A stretch of DNA of 63,380 nucleotides, filler included, from Octopus bimaculoides (taxonomy: Eukaryota), in NCBI RefSeq assembly GCF_001194135.2. It is 6 parts of 6 records of this genome, joined end to end, with 100 filler letters (N's around TTAATTAATTAA, not from the genome) between each part and the next. Parts side by side here need not be neighbours in the genome. Positions count along the whole stretch, not along the records: positions 1 to 6,649 come from NC_068989.1; positions 6,750 to 16,976 come from NC_068985.1; 4 more parts are not named here. One strand, written 5' to 3'. Numbering within the stretch: the stretch's first letter is position 1; each line of letters begins with the position of its first letter. A program made the translations under genes and the position numbers. The notes below the pieces were generated by a model. The model was not told the DNA's origin and made no database searches. It saw only the letters and a program-made list of their open reading frames with translations. Shown here in pieces: positions 1 to 12,170 of this stretch.

Positions 1-31
<31 letters not shown>

Positions 32-281
32 GTATACATAGGCACACATAAACAACGCGTGTGCAAATTATTGTTGAACAACCTGCAGCGATGATTCATT
101 CATTTCTAGTGATGAAATATCTTTGTTGCACTTGCACACGTACCTTCCTAAAATTGATATTGCATCAGCAGGTGCATGGTATCCTACGCGCGAGACGTCA
201 AAGAGATTCTAGGGCAAAGCGTTCTGTTCCTTGTATTGCTGGTAATTATGATTGGCTTAACCACTGGCCTACATTTCCTAA

Positions 282-312
<31 letters not shown>

Positions 313-338
313 GTGTGTATTTGTAAAATGGTATATAT

Positions 339-377
<39 letters not shown>

Positions 378-1769
378 CATATATATTCATATACAAACGT
401 ACGCACACAAACTCACACACATATATCCTTATATTATATGTATGTCTATATCTACATATGCATGCCTATATTTGATGTATGGGTATATCTGCATATATAT
501 GTATGCATGCTTGTATGTATATCTACACATATAATGACTGAACGACGTCACAATTTCAATTACGTACTATATGATATCGATAATTTTCATATCAGCCCTT
601 CATTATTTACTGAAAAAAGTTGAAATAATATATAAAATAGAAATATAAAATTGGTCAATCATCTCTTTTTCTGTCGTTAAGTTATATTTTATAATATTAT
701 ATTCTATATTTGCCCTGGTTTTCCTTCTTCCTTACAATTTTTGTTTCAATAATTTTTATCTAAATATGATATTAATCTTCCTTTTGATTGCTATTTGCTA
801 GAATTTAATTCTCTCTATATTGCCCTCCCAACTGAAGTCCGGGAATCGCTTTATACAAACGTACACGGGAATACACACATACACACACACACACATACAC
901 ACACACACATACACACACTCACTCACAAACACACACGCACACACACGCTGTTATGCAAACATATGTGTGTCTATCTCCCTCCCCCCGCTCTCTCTCTATA
1001 TATATATTTGTATGTGTATACACTTACTCATATGTATAGGTATACAAACAGATGAGCACGCGCTTGCGTGAATGTAGATGATTGTTTATATGTGTGTCTG
1101 CGCTTCTGCGTGTATATGTATATAATATACATATGTAAATACATGCATACATATGTGTGTATGTATATATATATATATATATATACATACATACATGCAT
1201 ACATACACACGCATACACACACAGTACAAACAAGCACACACACACATATATATGTAACAAATTCAGTGTTTTTATTTATTATTTTTATGGACAATTAATC
1301 TCTATCTTAATGGAGTGGATATTTTATTAATAGGCAGAAAATGTGTTCTGGAAGGGAGAAGAGTATAAAAGGGTGGCTTTGTGCAGAAGTAGGAGTTGAT
1401 AGGTTGGAGTTGTACAAATAAAATAATCGATGAATGTCTATGCCGGCGAAGGAGTTGAAACGTTGTCAGAGAAAGTATTTAATAGACGTTGATAGGAATA
1501 AATAGCACAAAGTGCTTAAAGAAATGGAGCGAGATCATGAAATGATTTTCAGAGAAGCGACAAAGATATCCATCCGGTCCTTCATGTTGGGAAACACTGT
1601 TACATAATGGAATTTGAGACAGAGAAATATGTTTGCTATGGTGTTTCAATGTGTTATTTCTTGTCATCGGGAGATAAAATATTTAATTTGGTGATGGTAA
1701 CATCACATAGTGCTCATGTAGAGAATTATTAGTCATTCACCGGACAATAAACGTTCACCGGACAGTAAA

Positions 1770-1925
1770 CATTAAAGCATTTCATCTGCTTTTACGTTCT
1801 GAGTTCAGATTTCGCCGAGTTCGAATTTACCATTCAACCTTTTTGGCTCGATAATATATGTACCAAATGAACGCAGGGGTCGATATAATCGACTTATGCC
1901 CGGCCCACGAAATTACTGGCCGTAT
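1770..1925 (+). mobile_element. SINE family A, partial
   Basis: CGTTCTGAGTTCAGATTTCGCCGAG...GGGGTCGATATAATCGAC. Confidence 0.7.
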
Positions 1926-1969
1926 ATCGTTTTTACTTTTTTCATGCTAACCCTTTTGTGGTTAATAAA

Positions 1970-2158
1970 GATATCATCATCATCGTTATCATCATCATCA
2001 TCATCATCGTCATCATCATCATAATCATCATCGTCGTCGTCGTCGTCGTCGTCGTCATCGTCATCGTCGTTGTCGTCCTCCTCGTCCTCCTCCTCCTCGT
2101 CCTCCTCCTCCTCGTCCTCCTCGTCGTCATCCTCCCCTTCCACCTCGTCCTCCTCCCC

Positions 2159-2189
<31 letters not shown>

Positions 2190-2190
2190 C
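1970..2190. repeat. Compound (CAT)/(CGT)/(CCT) microsatellite
   Basis: Direct reading. Representative of dozens of di-, tri- and tetranucleotide runs (for example 3006-3157, 5130-5300, 7565-7860, 14270-14840, 35266-35357, 40752-41050, 47490-47830) that flank most N gaps and generate the spurious ORFs. Confidence 0.97.
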
Positions 2191-2204
2191 CATGTCTTTT
2201 CCTA

Positions 2205-2710
2205 CTAGTCTTTCTCTTTCCAAAATCCCATGCGGCAACATGTAGTAAGCCTTTCTAAAGTCTACCCAGGCTATGCACAAGTGTTTTTGGTACCGCTTGC
2301 AGCTCTTTATTACAACCTTGTCTATCACAAGGTGGTCCGTAGTGCCCTTGGATCCTTTTCAGCGTCCCTTTTGTTCTACTGGCAGTAGATTCTTTTCCGC
2401 AAGGATCGTATATATCTTCCCTGCAAGGTTGCCTGTTAACACTTTCCAGAAGAGGTTAAGACGGGAAATGAATCGGTAATTGCCAACCTCATTGTCCTTT
2501 AACTGATCTTTCATCAACAATGTTGTCTATCTCTCTACAATCCTCTGCACCAATGTGTAGACAATTATCTCATTGCACATGCAATTCGCTTGTGTATTGA
2601 CCAAAACAACCGGACCCAGTAGCCTTGAATTGCGTCTGGTCCGGCCGCTTTCGAACTTGGTAGTTTTGATACCTGTGCAATTACATTATCCGTTGTCATG
2701 TGCATATGGT
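2205..2710 (-). mobile_element. R4/Dong-clade non-LTR retrotransposon, decayed RT fragment
   Basis: Minus strand reads KAAGPDAIQGYW...NYRFISRLNLFWKVLTG...LLPVEQKG*..GTTDHLVIDK...AWVDFRKAY (N-terminal RT motifs), with stops and frameshifts. Confidence 0.8.
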
Positions 2711-2779
2711 CCTGTGATGGGGCTTCCGGATGATGGAATTTGGATCTCAGGGAATCAATTCACTCAGCGCCATGGTTGT

Positions 2780-3005
2780 GAGAAAATTCTTCTCAACACA
2801 TGGCTATGATGCTCCCCTACTACTTCTGCTCGTGATCAGAGATGCACATATCGGCAGCCACTAAGGGACATGCTCAACTGGTTAAGGTCAAACAACTGAC
2901 AAGCAAATCTGTGGTATTAAGCAGGATATTTGCTGTAGCCCAAAATATGCACATGATAACACTCCCAATCAGTTAAGATCAGAAGCCATGAGAGCCAGTG
3001 CCTCG
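2780..3005. repeat. Unclassified interspersed repeat abutting the R4/Dong RT fragment (possibly its 5' region)
   Basis: Complex sequence between the RT fragment and a (TTC)n run; resembles a recurrent octopus repeat from memory only, with no second copy in the window. Confidence 0.3.
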
Positions 3006-3099
3006 TTCTTCTTCTTCTTCTTCTTCTTCTTCTTCTTCTTCTTCTTCTTCTTCTTCTTCTTCTTCTTCTTCTTCTTCTTCTTCTTCTTCTTCTTCTTCT

Positions 3100-3141
<42 letters not shown>

Positions 3142-5193
3142 TATTATTATTATTATTATGATTTTGCCCTTGAAAGTTGTATTGTAAATGGGTCAGGAAA
3201 CATTGTTACGAATGTGCATTAAAATTATTTAGATTTTGGTTACAGGGTTTTTTATTGTTGATTTCTCTTTGCCAATAAGAACACCTGATGTTTACTTGTC
3301 TTCTACATAACGAATAAGACTCCCGTGGGGCTGTAATTTGAGAGCAATTATGGAAATATTCTTGAAAAGAATTCAATTTTGACCTGAAACATTGTGACAT
3401 TTTTGCGATGAGGTTGAATTTGATTTTGAGAATTAAATTGTTTTTGTCACTACTAGCCACCTCCTTAAATAGCAGTCACTGTACATTTTCCAGTCATCGT
3501 CGCAACCATCTTCCCCACAACCACTACCACAGGTAGTGAAAATGACAATGCAGAATCTTAGAATATAATTACTAACAACAACATCAACATCAATAACACT
3601 ACCTCTAGCGATAACAGCAACTCAAGTGACAAACTATGTAAAAGTCAAACAATACAAGCTGCAACCAGCGATCACACTGTCACCGTAAAACAACACTATC
3701 GCTACGATAGTAAATCAGAATAAAACACCCCGATTAACTATAAAACGAACTTTGATGCACAAAAGACATTGCAACTGCTATGACAATAGAAAGGAAAATT
3801 AATGGACTACAAGATAGCGATCAGACGTCAGAAATTATAAACTTCGAAAACAGAAGCCTTGAGAGTGCCTCGTAGAAAAATGACATAAATTCCCGTATAA
3901 CAAAACCACAATATATAACTGAAGAAACTCGACAAATGCAAGGTCGAATACAAAGGTATACGTAACAACGTTTAGCATACGGAAAAAAACCCTACGACAG
4001 CATGACGTTCTGGTGAGAATGTAGTCATGCACTTAACACCTAGATGAGTTGAAATTCGAATAAACTCCGACCGGATGACCCAGCAATTTTATGACAGATT
4101 TTAGTTTCGGCTATAAAAGAGAAGTAATGCAAGATATATAGTCTAAGTTAAAGAAGATTGACATTTGGAGAATGTGTGTTACTGGTAAAATTAGAAACTA
4201 GCAACTTAGAATTCTTATGTCGTTAATTTAGTGACATCTATACAAATCTTCGTTTGTCATGGAATAGCACAATTCAACTTCTGTATCCATAAATGCGGTA
4301 TACGAATAACTGTCAATTGCTTTATAGTTGTAAGTAAAATATTCTATAGAACGACATTCAGCGAATGTCTTAATCTAATCACAACTATGCATCGATATTT
4401 TATTTCAGCGACCGATTACATTTCTTAAATGATGCAGGGCTAATGTGCGATTATCAGGGCAAACAATGAGAGTAAGGAAAATAACAGGGGCGAGAGGGGG
4501 AACTATCATCAAAAGAAAAAAAAACAAGCATTGGTCAGATTCAGCTTCAATGAGCAAAAGTACCAAAAGATTGAAGAAAGGAAAGAATATAATAAAAATT
4601 GAAAGAATGAGAAAAAGGCGAAGCAGGAGGAAAAGAAGAATGCGGAGGATGAGGACAAGGAAAAAAGTAGAATAATAACAACTACAGAAATGTCATCAAC
4701 ACCAACAACAATATCGTAAACAACAATAGTTAAAAGGCTTGGAGAATAAAGAAAAGAAGTGAAATAAATGAGAAAGATAGGGTGAATAAGACGGGACAAG
4801 AAAGAAAATATATGAAAGAAAAAATAGATGTAAAGAATGCAGGATGTAAGAGATCCGATAATAATGAGAAAGAGAAGGAAGGAGAGAAAAGCAGTCAAGA
4901 GGAATATGTGTTGTGCCAGAATAGAAGGCAAGAAGGAAAATTAAGAAAATATACTGAAAAAAATGGTGATGATGATAATGATGGTGGTAGAGATGTTGGT
5001 GGTGATGGCAATAATGCCGGTGGAGACGGTGGTGATGGTGATAACCTTGATGGCAATGACGATGATCCTGATACCGACAAGACGATGATGTTAAGTATTA
5101 CAAATTACGATAATGAAGATAACGATGATAATGATGTGTTGTTGTTGTTGATGATGATGACGATGCTGCTGCTGCCTCTGATGATGATTACGT

Positions 5194-5271
<78 letters not shown>

Positions 5272-5701
5272 GGACGATGATGATGATGATGAAGATGATG
5301 ATGAAGCTCATTTATTCGCATATTGTTTTTAGAAATTAGCTCCAAGCAGATCTCGCCTTATTTCAAATCTACCAAACTGTAATAAAATATTTCAACGTGT
5401 GGGCATACGTTCGTGTAGGATTAAGAAATATGAAGGAATGACTGCTTGTTGAGAAAGGCTACAGTTGAATGAATAAAAGAGGGACTGATTGAAGTGTGTG
5501 GGAAAGACGCGTGACAAAATCGGCGAGACTCAATAAAAGGAGAGAAAACTGGATTGGCAGAAAGGTCGGTTTGAACTGAGTGAACGAGATACGATTCGAA
5601 TACAGAATGAAAGTAAGAGGCCAGCTCATTATTGAATGAAGGAATAAATAAGGAACCAAAGTAAAGATATGTATGAGTATTAGTGTATGTATATATTTGC
5701 A

Positions 5702-5747
<46 letters not shown>

Positions 5748-6311
5748 TGTATTCGAGTACGGCTATGCGTTCCTGTGCGAATGTTTGCGTGTGCGTTTGA
5801 TCCTGTGCATGCTTTGTGTTAAAGCCAATACTATCTTCGAGTGTGATAATCTTTCTCAAGGTGTTTTCATATTTCCTTCTTAGATCTATAATAAGGTCAC
5901 GAAGGTGGGGAGAATTTTACGTACACGTTTTAAATATGAGATGATGGAAATAAGGAAGTGTTCTCCGAGCGCTTTTTCCCTAAATCGCAAAGTATCACAG
6001 GAACAGTGTTATGACGCATAAAAAAAAACAAAGAAAAAACATTCAACGTTTCGAATTAAATAATACGGCATTAAATCTGCCTGGATTTCATTCTACGTTT
6101 TCATTATGAGGGAATAGTATTAATGTTTTCGTGGACAATGAAAAAATAGGGAAAAACGAAGACGACGATGAAAAATGAGTGTAGTAAGAAAGAAAGAAAA
6201 AGAGCCTGATAAAAACAGCAACCACTAATTTTATTACTACTGCGATTCCAGTTGCTATTACTGCTGCTGCTGCTACTGCCACTACTACTAACGCTACTGC
6301 TTATAATAATA

Positions 6312-6533
6312 ACAATGGTTTAAAATTTTGCCACGAGGGCAGCAATTTAGGGGGAGGGGTGAGTCGATTTCATCGCTCCCAGTGTTCAACTCGGATTTAT
6401 TTTATCGACCCCGAAGAGTAAAATGCAAAGTCGACCCTGACGGAATTTGAACTCAAAACGTAGCGACAGACGAAATACCGCTAAGCATTTTTTTCGTCCG
6501 GCGCGCTCACCATTCTGTCAGTTCGCCGCCTTA
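6312..6533 (-). mobile_element. SINE family A, full copy
   Basis: Reverse-complement consensus ending GTTCGCCGCCTTAA. Confidence 0.85.
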
Positions 6534-6649
6534 ATAATAACAATAATAATAATAATAATAATAAGGTGCCTTAGGTATAATAAAAAAATATTCAGACAAA
6601 TACAAAACAAAAACACCCGGACTTACAAATATATATAACATACAGAAAA

Positions 6650-6749
6650 NNNNNNNNNNNNNNNNNNNNNNNNNNNNNNNNNNNNNNNNNNNNTTAATTA
6701 ATTAANNNNNNNNNNNNNNNNNNNNNNNNNNNNNNNNNNNNNNNNNNNN
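6650..6749. other. Assembly join: 44 N, TTAATTAATTAA, 44 N (linkers at 6694, 17021, 41380, 57872, 62025)
   Basis: The identical 12-mer sits centred in N runs five times and gives stops in all six frames; artificial. Confidence 0.95.
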
Positions 6750-7102
6750 GATAAAATTAGTACATATTTAACCGGTGTAATAGTTAAAGCTATACTATTT
6801 AAAGCTAAAGACGTTTATTTAATTATAATTAAAGACCAATTGAATAATAGAAAAATACAAGATTATTTATTTCTACAAACGTAATAATAAAAAATATGAA
6901 TGAAAAAATTAGGAAAGAAAAAATTATTAAGAATAAAAGATTAAACTTTATATATATATACAAAGTTTTGATTTAAAAAAAACTTTAACGATATTATAAA
7001 CTATAAAGATTAATAATTAATCAAATATTATTAATCAAGAATAATCGAAAATATATCAACACTATTCGATATATATTTATACATAACACGATTGATACTT
7101 AC

Positions 7103-7198
7103 CGAATTCGTTTGCTAAATATCTTGAAATTGTCATACTTTGTGGAACCTGAATTTTACGATCAATCTCGAGAATCGGCAGCATACAACATGGCATTT
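7103..7198 (-). CDS. S-crystallin gene A, second coding exon: (K)[31 protein letters not shown](G)
   Basis: TTTCAG acceptor, GTAAGT donor, 96 nt, phase 1-1, in frame with exon 9299-9167. Contains the GST cis-Pro (MLP) and QS glutathione-binding motifs. Confidence 0.95.
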
Positions 7199-7567
7199 CT
7201 GAAATATAGGAATATTGATTCTTTCTTATATATCTGCAAAGCCACAATTTCTGTGTGGGCGATCATGTAGCCGATTATATCGGCTCTAATGCTTGACTTG
7301 TCCGATAATTTATCAATCGGGAGGAATAAATATTAGCAGTAGCTTATTCCATGGTTTTTTTTTGTTATATATTTTATTGTTTTACAGCAATGGAAATGCG
7401 GCCATGTTGGAAAGAAGAGATTTGTCGAGCAAAGCTACTGCTATTATGATTTGTATTGGGATCCTTGGCTGGGCCGCTCGTTTACAGGGATTTAAACAAT
7501 TTAATACCAGTTTCCAACCAGGGTGTGATACATAGAATTCCTCACACAAACATCCATAAGTGGATAT

Positions 7568-7606
<39 letters not shown>

Positions 7607-7643
7607 TGTGTGTTTATATATATATGTATGTATAAATACATAC

Positions 7644-7727
<84 letters not shown>

Positions 7728-7806
7728 TTATGTGTATGTATATATCTATGTCCATTTAAACATACATGTACACACACACACACACACTCACATATGACAT
7801 ATATGC

Positions 7807-7840
<34 letters not shown>

Positions 7841-8556
7841 TGTGTATGTGTGTGTCTGTGTGTGTGGTTTATACAAAGAATTAAGACCACGCAATCCTAA
7901 ATCTTAAACACTACGTCCTACATTAAACGTGGCCGTGTCTTTATGATCTGGAAACGAAGGCCCAATCCAAGGGTCAAAACCGGAATAAAACATATCCAGT
8001 TTTCACCTGATTGGTCCCAAGCAAAAACAGTTTTTCGGAGAAAACGATTTAATAATAGAGGAGATATGATGTGCGTGTGTGAGTGTGTGTGTTTGCGTGT
8101 GTGTGTGTGTGNNNNNNNNNNNNNNNNNNNNNNNNNNNNNNNNNNNNNNNNNNNNNNNNNNNNNNNNNNNNNNNNNNNNNNNNNNNNNNNNNNNNNNNNN
8201 NNNNNNNNNNNNNNNNNNNNNNNNNNNNNNNNNNNNNNNNNNNNNNNNNNNNNNNNNNNNNNNNNNNNNNNNNNNNNNNNNNNNNNNNNNNNNNNNNNNN
8301 NNNNNNNNNNNNNNNNNNNNNNNNNNNNNNNNNNNNNNNNNNNNNNNNNNNNNNNNNNNNNNNNNNNNNNNNNNNNNNNNNNNNNNNNNNNNNNNNNNNN
8401 NNNNNNNNNNNNNNNNNNNNNNNNNNNNNNNNNNNNNNNNNNNNNNNNNNNNNNNNNNNNNNNNNNNNNNNNNNNNNNNNNNNNNNNNNNNNNNNNNNNN
8501 NNNNNNNNNNNNNNNNNNNNNNNNNNNNNNATATATATATATTTATCTATATATAC

Positions 8557-8950
8557 AGGCTTAGGCGTGGCTTGTTTCCCAACTGGCTTACTTCCCAACG
8601 ACATGGTTCCAGCTTCAGTTTAAATGCGTGGCACCTTAGGCAAGTGTCTTCTACCATAGCCTTGTCAATGGATTTGGTAGACAGAGACTGAAAAAAAGCC
8701 GTCGTATATATCTACGTATACCTCTATGTTTGCACGTGTCTTTGTGCTTGTGTTTGTCCCCACCCCTGTTTGACAACCAGTCTTGGTATATTTATGTCGC
8801 TAGTTCGACAAAAGAGACCGATTTAAGTCTTCATTTTTAAGTCTAGTACTAGACTTAAAAATGATGTCCTGACGTCGATTTGTTCGACTAAAACCTTTGA
8901 AGGCGGGGCCACAGCTTAGTGAAATGACTGATACAAATATAAAAAATATA
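8557..8950 (+). mobile_element. SINE family B (tRNA head, internal microsatellite, CR1-like tail), decayed, in the S-crystallin A intron
   Basis: GCGTGGCACCTTAGGCAAGTGTCTTCTAC..GGATTTGGTAGAC..GTCGATTTGTTCGACTAAA; matches the copy at 36786. Confidence 0.8.
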
Positions 8951-9166
8951 AAAAGGTATGTATGTATGTATGTATGTATGTACGTTTGTATGCATGTAAG
9001 TATGCATCTATACACACACATACACATACATACATACATGCATACATACATATTTCTAAAAGGAAATTTATTAGGTGGTATATAAAAAAAAAAACATGAA
9101 AAGAAGGAAATATTCAAGGAAGAAATAGCATATTGTATAAAGATTGTAAGAATATTATCTACTTAC

Positions 9167-9299
9167 TGTTTTTCATGCTATCCCATTTGGAAAAGTCGAT
9201 ACGTTTATCGATGTACGGAATATCTGCCAGTGCAAAAAGCAGACGACATATTTCAGCTCGGCCGCGCCTATTGAAATAATGTAAAGTATATTCCTGCAT
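9167..9299 (-). CDS. S-crystallin (sigma GST family) gene A, first coding exon: [44 protein letters not shown]
   Basis: Manual translation gives the S-crystallin/GST-sigma N-terminus (Y8, RGRAEICR, W39). It ends at a GTAAGT donor in phase 1 (133 nt), and the trailing A joins AA of the next exon to make Lys. Confidence 0.95.
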
Positions 9300-9338
9300 C
9301 GTAATCGTGTTCCGTTTATCTCTTAAAACCTCTTGATA

Positions 9339-9379
<41 letters not shown>

Positions 9380-9509
9380 CTATNNNNNNNNNNNNNNNNN
9401 NNNNNNNNNNNNNNNNNNNNNNNNNNNNNNNNNNNNNNNNNNNNNNNNNNNNNNNNNNNNNNNNNNNNNNNNNNNNNNNNNNNACTACTGAACAATAATG
9501 ATAATAATA

Positions 9510-10105
9510 ATAATCCTTTCTACTATAGGCACATTGTCTGAAATTTTGGGGGTGGGGGTAAGAAGGTTACATCGAGCTCAATGTTTCACCGGTACTTAAT
9601 TTATCGACCTGGAAAGGATGAAAGGCAAAATTGACCCCGGCGAAATTAATAACCCTTTCTAGTAAAAGCACAAGATCTGAAATTTTATGGGAGTTAAACA
9701 ATAGAATACATCGTCTCCAGTGCGTAACTGATACTTATTTTATCGATCCCGAAAGGATGAAAAGCAAAGTCGATCTCGGTGGTATTTGAAATCAGAAGGT
9801 AAATGGGGACGAAATCCTGGTGCGGGGTTTTGCCTGGCCTGTTTACGCTTCTACCAGCTTTCTAATATAGGAACCAGGCCTGAAATTTTGGAGGGCGGGG
9901 GGACTAGTCGATTACATGGACCCTAGTACTCAACTGGTACTTATTTTATCAACCCTGAAAGTTAGCTAACGATTTTTTTTTACATCGCTGCCTTAATAAG
10001 AGAGTCGACCTCGGCGGAATTTGAACTCAGAACTTAGAAGATGGGCGAAATGCTGCTTAAGTATTTTACTCGGTGTACTAAAGGTTCTTCCAGCTTTCCA
10101 CCTTA
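9510..10105 (-). mobile_element. SINE family A, three tandem partial units just upstream of S-crystallin A
   Basis: Reverse-complement consensus (GGTACTTATTTTATCGA..GAAAGGATGAAAGGCAAAGTCGA) repeated three times. Confidence 0.85.
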
Positions 10106-10416
10106 ACAATGATGTTTTTTTTCTCTTGATTTCTGTTTCGTTTTTATTAAGTCTTCCACTTTTTGCAAAAACACATTCTCGCTTTCTTCTGTGCTTTTTG
10201 TTTGTTTTTCTAGTAGTTTCTTATGTACCTGAACCCTGATTTCCTATTAGAACAGACCATGTAGCTCAGAGCACGAAATCTGCTTGGAGGCATAAGTTAT
10301 GTTATAAAAACCTGCCTAGACACATGTGTCCACAGCAAGAAACTATTAGGAGCACTCAGTTTTATAGCTTTGTACTACTTGTACTGTTTGTACTGCGTAG
10401 ATTATATAAATATACA

Positions 10417-10448
<32 letters not shown>

Positions 10449-10451
10449 CAT

Positions 10452-10488
<37 letters not shown>

Positions 10489-10489
10489 G

Positions 10490-11410
10490 CAGTGTACGAA
10501 ACATATGTGAGGACATATTTGGAAATTTAATTACAGTGGAGACGCAAAGATTATTTTAATAAATCAAATGTGTACGCATGATCTCAGTAAAATTTCTCAT
10601 AAGTTTACTCTATTAATCTACCTTCGGCATCGGTTATTATTTCAGTTCGGGACCAGAATCGTTGCCATACTTGTATGAGATGCTTGTTACTTATTTATCA
10701 CTTGGACAATGGCGGCCTTCAGAAAAGTAATAAGCCAGTGAGGATATCGATTAGTCCCCCTTTCGGCAATGTTCCAAATGATGTTCTCCCAAAGTTATAA
10801 ATAAATGGACTTTGGAAGCTACGCGTTTGGTGTTAAATCATCATAGATATTGTCTGATATGCAGGCTTTTGTTACATGAGCTTTGTGGAAGGTTCTGAGT
10901 ATTTTTCATAGACTTGTATCCTTCTACAAAGTGTTTCATGCGTCTGGGGATTAATTAGAGTCCCCAGCGTATCAAAGTATTCAGCAGCATTAATTCTAAC
11001 ACCAAGTAGAAAGATGTCAGATGGCATGGCATGACTTTCGTTACTCAACACTTCTAAAACAATTACAGTTACTGGAAATATTGTATGCATCAATCTGGGA
11101 ACACCAGTACGATATGTACATGATCATCTGTCTATTTTCTTGTTTTACTTTTTATCTTAGTCAGAGTTTTGTCTTAGTCAAAGCATGTCATGTTCGTGAA
11201 GATTTATAATTTTAAGTAACCACTTGACACGGATCAAACGGTTTTGCAGTGTCTTTGCAGAACATTTATATCTAACGTCCTCGTAGCCCACAGTTTTGAA
11301 AATGTGTTCTGACACTTGACGTTCCTTGATGATGGCATTCATTGATTTTCCAGCGTCATTAGCGATAATGTTTTGAACACGTTGGAAGAACTACGAAAGT
11401 TGTGAACAAT
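10490..11410 (-). mobile_element. Tc1/mariner DD37D (maT)-like transposase remnant
   Basis: SNESHAMPSDIFLLGVRINAAEY, PSHKAHVTK, WNIAERGTNRYPH..LKAAIVQV, ACQRF.SR.E; decayed. Left end CAGTG beside a (TA)n run. Confidence 0.75.
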
Positions 11411-11482
11411 TATGATGATTATTATTAAGGAAAAAATCATTATCATTGAATAAAAAAAGAGGAAATCCTTAGTAAGGAAATC

Positions 11483-11745
11483 AAACGTGGCGAGGTAGCA
11501 GTATCGTTAGCGCGTCAGACAAAATGCTTACTAACATTTAGTCTGTATTTGCGTTCTGAGTTCAAATTAGGCCGACGTTGACATTGTTTATATTTCTTTC
11601 GGGACTAATGAGCACTTGGGTTCGATGTAATCAACTCTTAAAAATTTCAGGCCTTGTGACTAGAGTAGAACAGATTAAGGTAATCAAAGGCACAGAACTG
11701 GAAGAATCGTTAGCACGCCGTACAAAATGTTCAGCGGCATTTTAC
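11483..11745 (+). mobile_element. SINE family A, decayed copy plus the head of a second
   Basis: GCAGTATCGTTAGCGCG..GCGTTCTGAGTTCAAATT..TTTCAGGCCTTGTG, then GAAGAATCGTTAGCACGCC. Confidence 0.75.
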
Positions 11746-11799
11746 TATTTCAATTTATTTCTACATGTGCAACCAAGACAGGTCTGAGTCGTCTATTGT

Positions 11800-12170
11800 A
11801 AATGTCTATTTTTCATTGGAGCATATGAAACATCTCTTTGTCTCGTTGATATAATGATTGATCTTGAAGAGAATCTTCAATTTGGTGCATTTTATCTGAA
11901 GCACAGGTATCAACAGACTATGTCAATGGCCGGACAAAGGCCAAACGTTATGTTTGATCTCCAGAAAGAAAATTTAAACCCAGATGCAACAAATGTCTTT
12001 CAGCCTTTAGACATCACGTAAAGAGACATGCAACAACTCACCCAGTATTAATATGGAAACTTAAAGAAGTCAACGTTAGCTACAACAAGATCCTCTCCAA
12101 GATCAATCACTATACCAACGAAACAAAGAGATGTTTCAGATGTTCCAATGAAAAAAATTGTTTCTTATAA
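11800..12170 (+). mobile_element. Possible Tx1/L1-like LINE 3' ORF2 remnant
   Basis: Weak similarity only (LSAFRHHVKR-like segment); many disruptions. Confidence 0.2.

Noticed and set aside
4445-5345. Acidic/basic ORFs such as 4782-5339
   Set aside because: Degenerate purine-rich and (GAT)n low-complexity sequence; no domain or splice support.
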